Source: an uncultured Candidatus Saccharibacteria bacterium (lineage in GTDB: Bacteria; Patescibacteriota; Saccharimonadia; Saccharimonadales; Saccharimonadaceae). Taken from it: a stretch of 27,204 nt of DNA. The notes under the pieces were generated by a model that was given only the letters and a program-made list of their open reading frames with translations, was not told the DNA's origin and made no database searches. A program made the translations under genes and the position numbers. Shown piece after piece: positions 8,058-15,957 of this stretch (the stretch's first letter is position 1; each line of letters begins with the position of its first letter). Location: positions 1-27,204 of the forward strand of contig CAMHRH010000001.1 in the NCBI GenBank assembly GCA_946187605.1, in the 5' to 3' direction.

Positions 8058-8645
8058 TCAAAAGAGCAAACCTTTTGCTACAATGCCCTGATACTTCAAA
8101 TGTGCTGGCGACTCAGCTATTCTTCGAGCATTTTTTCGCTCATATTTTCGAATCGCCCGATCGGACTCCGTGCTTAAAGCTGCCTTAATTGCGATCATTG
8201 AGTCTTCGAAGATGAAATCCTGCTTATAAACGGCACTCATCTCTGAAATTACCTCATACGCCAATAGTACGCTCAGCACCTCGGATCTACTGCCTAGAAC
8301 AGACGCCTGTAAAGCTCCGCCCAGCATATTTGCGTAAATGTGCGCAGAGCCAACCGCCCCAAATACGCCCGACGGTTTCGCATCATACATCGAAACAGCA
8401 TTAAATGCCCCGACATCCGGCTCCTCGGCATCGTCAAGATTTTGCTCATCACCGCGCATTGATAGGATAACCGCGCAGCGCGCCTCACCTCCACGAGACA
8501 TTATTTGGATACCGATAGTCAAGGACGGATACGCGCCCCATTCTGAGCAAAAATCCTCATAGATAATCCGCAGAGTATCCTCAATTCGCTCAATAATAGA
8601 GTTATCAATTAGCGCCGTATCGAACATACGCTTTAATTCAATCAT
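8058..8645 (-). CDS. Hypothetical protein (orphan, 195 aa)
   Basis: Has its own promoter, AGGAGG Shine-Dalgarno and terminator; no recognisable family motif. Confidence 0.75.
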   Translation of the reverse strand: MIELKRMFDTALIDNSIIERIEDTLRIIYEDFCSEWGAYPSLTIGIQIMSRGGEARCAVILSMRGDEQNLDDAEEPDVGAFNAVSMYDAKPSGVFGAVGSAHIYANMLGGALQASVLGSRSEVLSVLLAYEVISEMSAVYKQDFIFEDSMIAIKAALSTESDRAIRKYERKNARRIAESPAHLKYQGIVAKGLLF

Positions 8646-8691
8646 AAAATACCCCCTCCTGTTTTTTTCTCGAACAATAGCGTATTTATAT

Positions 8692-8720
8692 ATTATACCA
8701 CAAAACTAAGAGATAATCAA
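8692..8720 (-). promoter_or_regulatory. Promoter of the 195-aa gene
   Basis: TTGATT-N17-TATAAT with a TG extension. Confidence 0.65.
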
Positions 8721-8780
8721 ACAAAGTCTATTCGCTCATTCTATACTCATCAAACTGCAGAAATCACCATAATTGTTCCT

Positions 8781-8824
8781 ATTTTTAAAAAACTATTGAC
8801 ATTTAGCACCAAGTATGCTATTAT
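8781..8824 (+). promoter_or_regulatory. Strong sigma70 promoter with AT-tract (UP-like) driving the hairpin-array transcript
   Basis: atttttaaaaaacta, then TTGACA(8796-8801)-N17-TATTAT(8819-8824) with TG at -15/-14. Confidence 0.8.
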
Positions 8825-8830
8825 AACAAC

Positions 8831-8893
8831 ATGTTCAGCAGAAATAAACCACTGCTTGAACAATACGAGACGGGAAACCGTCGCGCACATTAA
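8831..8893 (+). CDS. Candidate leaderless 20-aa peptide MFSRNKPLLEQYETGNRRAH
   Basis: The ATG lies 6 nt after the -10 hexamer, the same geometry as valS, the femAB-like gene and the 68-aa gene. Confidence 0.4.
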   Translation: MFSRNKPLLEQYETGNRRAH

Positions 8894-9103
8894 ATTATAG
8901 TAATGCGGAATGCCGCAAATCCAGAGAAATCGCCTTACGGCGAAAAAACAGCACTTGCCTCACGGCAAACTCGAAAAATCCCAATAAAATTGCCTCACGG
9001 CAATATCAAGGAGTCGCCTAACGGCGACAATTAGTAAAAACCGAGAGCTGCTTTGCAGCGTAAAACCCCATTGCTATACCCCCTGCACACCCTAACGGGT
9101 GTC

Positions 9104-9130
9104 GACCCCCTTACGGGGGTCTTTTTCTTT
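9104..9130 (+). terminator. Intrinsic terminator
   Basis: GACCCCC-TTAC-GGGGGTC followed by TTTTTCTTT. Confidence 0.85.
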
Positions 9131-9139
9131 CGCAACATT

Positions 9140-9161
9140 AAAAATACGACCTCGCGGTCGT
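9140..9161 (-). terminator. Intrinsic terminator of tRNA-Ser(GGA)
   Basis: ACGACC-GCGA-GGTCGT then ATTTTT on the minus strand. Confidence 0.7.
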
Positions 9162-9171
9162 TATTTATTTA

Positions 9172-9261
9172 TGGCGGAGAGATGGGGATTCGAACCCCAG
9201 ATACGGTTGCCCGCATACACGCTTTCCAAGCGTGCTCCTTCAACCACTCGGACACCTCTCC
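9172..9261 (-). tRNA. tRNA-Ser(GGA), CCA encoded
   Basis: GGAGAGG acceptor stem; anticodon arm CACGC-TTGGAAA-GCGTG; long variable arm; GGTTCGAATCC; 3' GCCA; TG-C-TAAAAT promoter upstream. Confidence 0.97.
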
Positions 9262-9418
9262 AGCTCCCTGCATTTTAGCACAAAAACACCTACATTTCCA
9301 CCATCATCCAGTGCCATAAAAAATAAGTTTTTTTTCTTTGCTCAAGCATTTTCCAAACCATACCGAACAGCGTATAATTAATAAAACGCAACATCAATGT
9401 AATTATTTTTGGGGTAAA

Positions 9419-10423
9419 ATGCCGAATCAAGAAAACGATACCATCATTGAGCTAAAATCAGTCTCAAAACGCTACGGCTTTGGCGATGCCGAGTCATACG
9501 CATTACGCAACTTCGATTTGACCGTCAAGCGCGGCGAATTCATTATGATAATGGGCCCATCCGGTTGTGGCAAGACTACCCTCTTAAATATCATCGGATT
9601 GCTCGATAAAGCCAGTACTGGCGAATATATCCTCGGCGGTAAAGATGTCTCGCGTGTCTCTGCTAATAAAAAAGCGCGTTTTCGCGCCAAAGAAATCGGT
9701 TTCATATTCCAAAGCTTCAATCTTGTCCCAAATCTATCAATCATCGAGAACGTTTCTCTTCCGCTTATTTACTCTGGCTATCGCAAAACACGCCGTCTTC
9801 GCATGGCAGACAATATTCTCGAGCATTTTCACCTACGCGAACGTGAATACTATATGCCATACCAGCTTTCTGGCGGCCAACAGCAACGCGTCGCAATCGC
9901 ACGTAGTCTTATCGCAAACCCGAGCATTATCCTTGCCGACGAGCCAACCGGCAACCTCGATAGCCGCAACAGTCACATCATTATGGAAGAGCTCCAAGAA
10001 ATTCATTCTCTTGGTAACACTATCATCATGGTCACCCATAACCCAGCACTCACGACTTACGCCACACGCGTGATAAATATGCTCGATGGCGAAATCGACA
10101 CCGACATCAAGACGGTCGCCGACAGCGAGCTTCCCCGCGCCGGCAAAGGCGAGAAGGTTTCCGTCAAAGTCCTTCCATCTCGCAAACCTATCGAAATGGA
10201 AATCATATCAGATGACGACGTCGTAGTCTCTGGCAAAAAAGTCAGTACCAAAAAAGACGAAAAAGAATCCGACAAGGCCGAAAAGACTAAAAAGCCAGAA
10301 AAAGACAGCAAGGCAAAGAAAACCGAAAAAGCAAAATCCGACAGCAAGAAGAAAGAAAAAGACGAGAAAACCAAGAAAACTGACGATAAAAAGAAAGAAT
10401 CAAAGAAGGAGGACAAGAAATGA
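9419..10423 (+). CDS. ABC transporter ATP-binding protein (LolD/MacB/FtsE-like) with a Lys/Glu/Asp-rich C-terminal tail; start likely ATG 9419
   Basis: Walker [10 protein letters not shown], signature LSGGQQQR, Walker [16 protein letters not shown]. Confidence 0.92.
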   Translation: MPNQENDTIIELKSVSKRYGFGDAESYALRNFDLTVKRGEFIMIMGPSGCGKTTLLNIIGLLDKASTGEYILGGKDVSRVSANKKARFRAKEIGFIFQSFNLVPNLSIIENVSLPLIYSGYRKTRRLRMADNILEHFHLREREYYMPYQLSGGQQQRVAIARSLIANPSIILADEPTGNLDSRNSHIIMEELQEIHSLGNTIIMVTHNPALTTYATRVINMLDGEIDTDIKTVADSELPRAGKGEKVSVKVLPSRKPIEMEIISDDDVVVSGKKVSTKKDEKESDKAEKTKKPEKDSKAKKTEKAKSDSKKKEKDEKTKKTDDKKKESKKEDKK

Positions 10424-11649
10424 GATTATTAGTTAATACTCATCTTCACCTCGCTATTGATAGCTTGCGCCAAAATCGCGGCCGCACTTTTCTATCAGCT
10501 CTCGGTATTGCTATCGGCGTTGCTAGCATCGTCCTGATCCTCTCCCTAACCGGCGGCATCAATCAACTTATCGGCACAAACAGCGATAAGAATAACGCCA
10601 ACCTAGTACTCGTACGCCCAAGCAATGGCAAAGAAATCACCGATAGCCTTATCGATGAGCTAACAAATGCGAGCCAATATTCCAAATCTAATCTCACTCT
10701 CGAAGACGTAAAAGTCATCAAGGAAACCGAAGGCGTCGAATATGTTGCCCCACTTGCTATCAGTAATTCTACAATCACAATAGCCGATCGTAGCTACGAA
10801 TCAACCAACGTCGTCGCAACCAATAACGACCTTCAGAATATCCTTGACTTACATCTGAAAAGCGGTCAATTCCTCGACTACAGTCTTCGCGAAAATGTCG
10901 CCGTCCTCGGCTATAATGTCGCTGAGCAGGTTTTCGGCACCACCGAAGCCGCTACACGTACATTTAATTACGGCGGACAACAGTTCATGGTTGTCGGCGT
11001 ACTCGACGAGATTAATGACCCAATCAACTTCAACGGCGTCGATTTCGATAATTCCATCCTAATCAATATAAAATTCGCTAGCACTTTTGAATCCTCGATT
11101 CAAATTCAACAAATCGACATCCGCACTTCAACCACCGATGTCGTAGATAATGTCGTCTCGTCTATTAATGAGAAGTTATCCAAGACTAAGAAAGGCGACA
11201 AAGACTATAAAATTATTACCGGCTCCGACGAGCTCCATCCGGCCGGCTCAATGATTTCGATTATTTCCAGCATGCTCACGCTCGTCGCCAGTATCTCCCT
11301 TATTGTCGGCGGCGTCGGCATCATGAATATCATGCTCGTGTCAGTATCTGAGCGCACGCGCGAAATTGGCATCCGTAAAGCCGTTGGCGCGTCATCAGGT
11401 CACATTCTCCTCCAATTCCTCTTCGAGTCGATGATATTAAGTATAATTGGCGGACTTATGGGCTTTATTCTGGGCTACGTCTTCGCATTCCTTATCTCGC
11501 TCGTCACTCCTTTTGCGCCGCATATTTCATGGCAAATCCTCGGTATCACCGGCGCAGTCAGCTTAACGGTCGGCATTCTCTTTGGCGTCTATCCTGCCGC
11601 CAAAGCCGCGCATAAAGATCCTATCGCTAGCCTCAAGTTTTACCGCTAA
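10420..11649 (+). CDS. ABC transporter permease (MacB/FtsX-like)
   Basis: RTFLSALGIAIGVASIV, GGVGIMNIMLVSVSERTREIGIRKAVGA, FGVYPAAKAA..DPI; ATGA overlap with the ATPase gene. Confidence 0.92.
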   Translation: MRLLVNTHLHLAIDSLRQNRGRTFLSALGIAIGVASIVLILSLTGGINQLIGTNSDKNNANLVLVRPSNGKEITDSLIDELTNASQYSKSNLTLEDVKVIKETEGVEYVAPLAISNSTITIADRSYESTNVVATNNDLQNILDLHLKSGQFLDYSLRENVAVLGYNVAEQVFGTTEAATRTFNYGGQQFMVVGVLDEINDPINFNGVDFDNSILINIKFASTFESSIQIQQIDIRTSTTDVVDNVVSSINEKLSKTKKGDKDYKIITGSDELHPAGSMISIISSMLTLVASISLIVGGVGIMNIMLVSVSERTREIGIRKAVGASSGHILLQFLFESMILSIIGGLMGFILGYVFAFLISLVTPFAPHISWQILGITGAVSLTVGILFGVYPAAKAAHKDPIASLKFYR

Positions 11650-11664
11650 TATCAGCAAAAGACG

Positions 11665-11702
11665 AAAAAATATTCTCCTCTTTAACGAGGAGAATATTCT
11701 TC
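11665..11702. terminator. Terminator hairpin between convergent genes
   Basis: 12-bp perfect stem AATATTCTCCTC / GAGGAGAATATT. Confidence 0.75.
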
Positions 11703-11718
11703 ATACAACGAATTATGA

Positions 11719-13719
11719 TTAAGCGCTCACAGAACTACTAGCTGGCACCGGCCGCGCCACAGCATCAACATCGTCTTCAGAAGTAGCAAAGGCTTCATTA
11801 TTAGTAGAAGCCGCATTGACGACCTGCTCTGGAGCAACTCCGGCCCTAGCTTTCTTACTGTCTTCAAGGCTCAATAATGCTTTATAAATTCTAGAAACCT
11901 GTGGAGCCGTCAAATCCGCATATGCAACTTCGCCGAAACCAATAATCTTCGCAGCCTGCGTAACTCGCTCATGCGATATACCGCGTTTATCCAAATCTCC
12001 AAGCTTTTCTTTACGATAATCATCGACTAATTTATGCAATTCTTCAATCGACATTTTCTCGACATCTTCATCCTTGAGACCACGCTCCTTCATAAAGATA
12101 AGGCTATCATAATCCTTCAAGTCAGCAACAACCGCCTCGCGTACCTGATCCTTAATCTTCGCATATTCATCAGACGTCACGACACTGCCTTCGCTAAGTT
12201 CTACGTGCTTTCGCATCTCAGGAGCTTCCAATAAAGCCATCGCCTCCTTGTCGGCCACCATCGACTTTTCAAGCTTAGAAATCTTGCTTGACAATCTGCC
12301 GATATTTAACGCAACGTTACGGAACTTATCTGCTAGCTCTTCTTGCTTCTTTTCCCTATCCTCTTCAGATATACTATCCAAATTAGCAACATTAAGCATT
12401 TCTGCGCTTATTCCGCTCATGTCGGATTCGAGCTTAGCCTTTTCAGCCCCCAACTCGCCAATTTGCAATTCTATCTGTTTGCGCACTTCCGCATTATCAA
12501 TCTTAACCAGCGTCTTTTCCGCTGCAGACTCCGCTTCTGCAGACAAATCTTGGTCGTTCTTAACGTCAGCCGGATTAGGGCTCTCTGCTTTACGTGCACG
12601 AACTCCTATCGCCCAACCCATAATTCTCTCAGCCGGATTAGGGCTCACAGGCGGTCGTCTCCTAACGATAATCTTCTCCTCAACCTTAGCATCCACCTCC
12701 CCATCAGAACTATCCTCTTCGCCCGATGCGACATCGCTCTTTACCGACTCGGGCACCTTCTTTTCTGTTGGCTTCGGCTCGGAATCAACCCCAGAAGAAT
12801 TTTTAAGGGCAATAGCGTCCGCTAAAGTAAGCTTCATCTTCTCTGTGTCCGCAAGAGAATCAAATGTACTACTATATTTTTTTAATACATCCCCCAGAAT
12901 ATCATCGTATAAAGTAATCGTCGCCTCATCGCTCAATGCTCTGCGCTCGCCTGACGTCATAATGCCGCGACTGGCCAAAAATGGTGCACCATCCCGACCT
13001 AGAGAGCGTTTCATTGCAGCCGCAATCTTAGCCTTAAATTCTTCAGGATTACCTCTGCGATCGCTAGATTTCAGACCAAGCTCACTACTAATTTTCGAGA
13101 AATAATTCCGGCCTCCACTAAACAAGCTACCCTTCAACTCCCCACTAAGTTCAGTTACTGACTTATAGTCATCACCAAAACGATCAAGCGCCCTCGCAAA
13201 CTCAGCTCCGCTCCGCCAATCACTACTTTTTCGGCCGTCCACTTCGTTAAATACATCCCGAACCCGTTTACTGACGGCGCCTAATTCGTCCTCGGAAACG
13301 CCCTCAAGCTCGCTAGTAATCCTTGAAAAGTAATCCTGCTCACCATTAATTACATCCTGAACCCGTTTACTAGCAGCACTCATCTCGTCCTGAGAGGCAT
13401 CGCCACGCTTAAAATAGTCATTTACCGATTTCAAGACATTAGCCCTGTCCTGATCAGTTAAACCGCCCCCCTCCTTTTTCGAAACAGTACGAACATTCAC
13501 ATCAGAAGATACATCCGCCCCGCCCATATCTTGAGAAATACCCCCGTCTCTCTTGTCGGCCCATTTCTTAAGACGCTCAGCGACACGCATGGCTCCATTC
13601 GCTATTTTTCTAAGTAAACGCTCTTTTTTTACTTTTTCTAGTTGCTCGTCTTTTCTTTTTTGAGCTTCCTCGCTTGCGCTTATTTCAGATGCGCTATGTA
13701 ATCTACTATTTTTTTCCAT
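11719..13719 (-). CDS. Large charged hypothetical protein (666 aa) with internal repeats, no signal peptide or TM
   Basis: Long ORF with its own TG-C-TATTAT promoter and AAGGA SD; 33-aa repeat; coiled-coil-like C-terminal half. Confidence 0.8.
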   Translation of the reverse strand: MEKNSRLHSASEISASEEAQKRKDEQLEKVKKERLLRKIANGAMRVAERLKKWADKRDGGISQDMGGADVSSDVNVRTVSKKEGGGLTDQDRANVLKSVNDYFKRGDASQDEMSAASKRVQDVINGEQDYFSRITSELEGVSEDELGAVSKRVRDVFNEVDGRKSSDWRSGAEFARALDRFGDDYKSVTELSGELKGSLFSGGRNYFSKISSELGLKSSDRRGNPEEFKAKIAAAMKRSLGRDGAPFLASRGIMTSGERRALSDEATITLYDDILGDVLKKYSSTFDSLADTEKMKLTLADAIALKNSSGVDSEPKPTEKKVPESVKSDVASGEEDSSDGEVDAKVEEKIIVRRRPPVSPNPAERIMGWAIGVRARKAESPNPADVKNDQDLSAEAESAAEKTLVKIDNAEVRKQIELQIGELGAEKAKLESDMSGISAEMLNVANLDSISEEDREKKQEELADKFRNVALNIGRLSSKISKLEKSMVADKEAMALLEAPEMRKHVELSEGSVVTSDEYAKIKDQVREAVVADLKDYDSLIFMKERGLKDEDVEKMSIEELHKLVDDYRKEKLGDLDKRGISHERVTQAAKIIGFGEVAYADLTAPQVSRIYKALLSLEDSKKARAGVAPEQVVNAASTNNEAFATSEDDVDAVARPVPASSSVSA
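13253..13400 (-). repeat. 99-nt-period intragenic tandem repeat (S.DE..A.SKRV.DV)
   Basis: acatcc[c/t]gaacccgtttact at 13253 and 13352. Confidence 0.75.
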
Positions 13720-13800
13720 GACCTATTATCCTTATGTTAATAATAGCACAATCAGACTCCCTAGGCTACGACTAACTACCCCTGTGATATAATAAACTCC

Positions 13801-14838
13801 ATGAAAATTCTCGGGATTGAATCATCATGCGACGAAACTGCCGCTGCAATTATTGAAGATGGACAAAAAGTCCTATCTAATGTTGTCGTATCGCAAATCG
13901 ATATTCATGCCGAATATGGCGGCGTGATTCCAGAAATTGCCGCTCGTAGCCACATCGAAGCTATTAATCCCGTCATCAAGAAAGCCTTCACCGACGCTAA
14001 CGAGACACCAGAGAGTATCGATGCCATCGCCGTAACACATACGCCGGGTCTTGTCGGCAGCCTACTTGTCGGCACACTTGCAGCTAGAACACTGGCCATT
14101 CTTTATAACAAGCCTTTTTACCCAACGCATCATCTTAAGTCTCATATTTACGCCAACTGGCTCAGCGGCTCCAACCCCGAATTTCCACTTCTAGCTGCCG
14201 TCGTCTCAGGTGGACATACTCAAATTATCTACATGAAGCACCACAATCATTTCGAGATTATTGGCTCAACTCGTGATGATGCCATCGGCGAGTGCTTTGA
14301 CAAAGTCGCTAAAATACTTGGTCTTCCCTACCCTGGCGGCCCAAATATCGCCAAAGAGGCATTAACTGGCAATCCAGACAAATACCAACTGCCCATCCCA
14401 AAAGTCGACGCCCTAGACTTCTCCTTCAGCGGCATTAAAACTGCCGTACTCCGCGCCGTTCAAAAGGATCTCAACTTACCAATCACCACGCCCTCGCACG
14501 AGCTAAAGAATCATCTATCCAAACAACAAGTATCGGATTTCGCAGCCAGTTTCCAGCAAACCGCCATTAAAATCCTCATTAAAAAGCTCCAAAAAGCCGC
14601 CAAAGAATATCCCGCAAAATCCATACTTCTTGCCGGCGGCGTCTCAGCTAACTCTATGCTACGCGACGAACTCCACAAAGCATTCGACAAAAGTCATCAA
14701 GTATATGTGCCGGATTTCAAATACAGCACCGACAACGGCGCCATGGTTGCATCTGCTGCATATTACTCAATTCAGTCCGGCCAAAAAGCCACCGACCCAT
14801 ACAGCCTCGATATATCGCCACGCTCAATTATTTCCTAA
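13801..14838 (+). CDS. tsaD: tRNA N6-adenosine threonylcarbamoyltransferase
   Basis: ILGIESSCDETA, HxxSH, VSGGHT, DDAIGECFDK, FSFSGIKTA, TDNGAMVA; leaderless TG-A-TATAAT promoter. Confidence 0.96.
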   Translation: MKILGIESSCDETAAAIIEDGQKVLSNVVVSQIDIHAEYGGVIPEIAARSHIEAINPVIKKAFTDANETPESIDAIAVTHTPGLVGSLLVGTLAARTLAILYNKPFYPTHHLKSHIYANWLSGSNPEFPLLAAVVSGGHTQIIYMKHHNHFEIIGSTRDDAIGECFDKVAKILGLPYPGGPNIAKEALTGNPDKYQLPIPKVDALDFSFSGIKTAVLRAVQKDLNLPITTPSHELKNHLSKQQVSDFAASFQQTAIKILIKKLQKAAKEYPAKSILLAGGVSANSMLRDELHKAFDKSHQVYVPDFKYSTDNGAMVASAAYYSIQSGQKATDPYSLDISPRSIIS

Positions 14839-15901
14839 TAATCTTTCGCTTCGCAAAGCCGAGACAGCGTCTTGCGAAAGTTTTCGCCTGAACAGCTTTA
14901 TATTTTCCTGGCCTTATTATTAACCTAAAACCGCCAATATACTCCTCGACCAATATCCCAAATCCACTCTTAAATTCCAACAACCGGTTATTATCCGAAA
15001 AATCGCCTTCCATACCATAGAAGTTCACGCGCTTAATGCCATTATTAAAACACTTCGTCAATAAATCATCCTGCAAAACCGTCATCGCATTCATGCGACG
15101 ATATTTCTGCACTGTTCCAGAAATAAACGAAATCGTCTCATTTGGGTGATCAAAAATTATTCTTCCAGCTACCGTGTCGCCATCTTCTTTCCGACGCGCC
15201 AAGACAAAATGCACCTGTTTCCCATACGCGTCACGAATATATCGATAATATGAATGGTCGCGACTTTTTGCACCATTTTTCTCGTTACTTCCCTCCATCG
15301 CACGACCAATTTCATCCAAGTCCTCATCGCTCGTCACTTCCTCAATCGTCAAATCACCGCTACACTTGCGTAACTTATTCCGAACATTCTTCTTATAAGA
15401 CGCGCGAAGCTCATCAACATTTTTAAAGCCAGACAAATCTTTACAAGTGATCCAGCGGTTTGCTTTCGGATCGACCGCAATCGTCTTGCCAAGATAAGAA
15501 TACCCATATTTTTCAAACAATTTATAGATGCCAGAACGGTCATATTCTTCGATAATCTCACCTTTATTATCGCGAATCGACAATTTAACAGGTGGGTAAA
15601 TCTCCAACATATAAAAATTGTTCTTTTTTGCATAATCCGACACATTTTTTAACCACTCATTAATGATTTTTGTATCCGACCAATCCAAAACGCCGCCCAT
15701 CTGCACCATCGCGGCACCATTTTTTTCAAGCAATAAACAAGCAGCAATGATTTTGTTTTTATCCTTCAAACCCAAAAGCTTCGCATTCCAACCCATACGC
15801 CTTCGCACTTCTGCCCTTTCAGACATCTGATACAGATTGCCGTACGGATTCTTCTGCTCAAATCGTCGAAATTCGCCACTCTCAAGTTCAACAAAATTCA
15901 T
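14828..15901 (-). CDS. FemAB/FemX-family aminoacyl-tRNA-dependent peptidoglycan bridge transferase
   Basis: GNLYQMSE..EVR..GW, RNKLRK, NFYGMEG, LLEFKSGFG..VEEYIGGF. Confidence 0.85.
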   Translation of the reverse strand: MNFVELESGEFRRFEQKNPYGNLYQMSERAEVRRRMGWNAKLLGLKDKNKIIAACLLLEKNGAAMVQMGGVLDWSDTKIINEWLKNVSDYAKKNNFYMLEIYPPVKLSIRDNKGEIIEEYDRSGIYKLFEKYGYSYLGKTIAVDPKANRWITCKDLSGFKNVDELRASYKKNVRNKLRKCSGDLTIEEVTSDEDLDEIGRAMEGSNEKNGAKSRDHSYYRYIRDAYGKQVHFVLARRKEDGDTVAGRIIFDHPNETISFISGTVQKYRRMNAMTVLQDDLLTKCFNNGIKRVNFYGMEGDFSDNNRLLEFKSGFGILVEEYIGGFRLIIRPGKYKAVQAKTFARRCLGFAKRKIIRK

Positions 15902-15957
15902 AGCTCAATTATACAACATAAGATAGAAATAACTCTTGGTGTATAATAAACATAAAT

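Larger units (their letters stand above)
8831..9130 (+). ncRNA. Candidate ~300-nt multi-hairpin RNA (six C-UHAC-G capped hairpins); family unknown
   Basis: Bounded by a promoter and a terminator; 10 short stems counted by hand, several separated by A-rich linkers; no long ORF. Confidence 0.65.

Noticed and set aside
8802-8820. CIRCE (HrcA) operator suggested by TTAGCAC
   Set aside because: Not TTAGCACTC-N9-GAGTGCTAA. Elsewhere in the window TAGCA strings are simply reverse complements of TG-C-TA extended -10 boxes.
8930-9121. Hairpin array as a CRISPR array
   Set aside because: Units are only 14-18 nt, differ in stem sequence, have irregular 1-58 nt gaps, and no cas genes are present.
8831-9130. 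tmRNA, RNase P, SRP or 6S RNA identity
   Set aside because: No tRNA-like ends or Ala-ending tag, no RNase P GAGGAAAGUCC-type core, no SRP helix-8 motif, no long central-bubble hairpin visible. A cmscan is still needed to exclude diverged forms.
8831-9130. Leader-peptide attenuator
   Set aside because: The feature downstream of the terminator is an antisense tRNA, the ABC operon has its own TATAAT near 9373, and the peptide has no run of regulatory codons.
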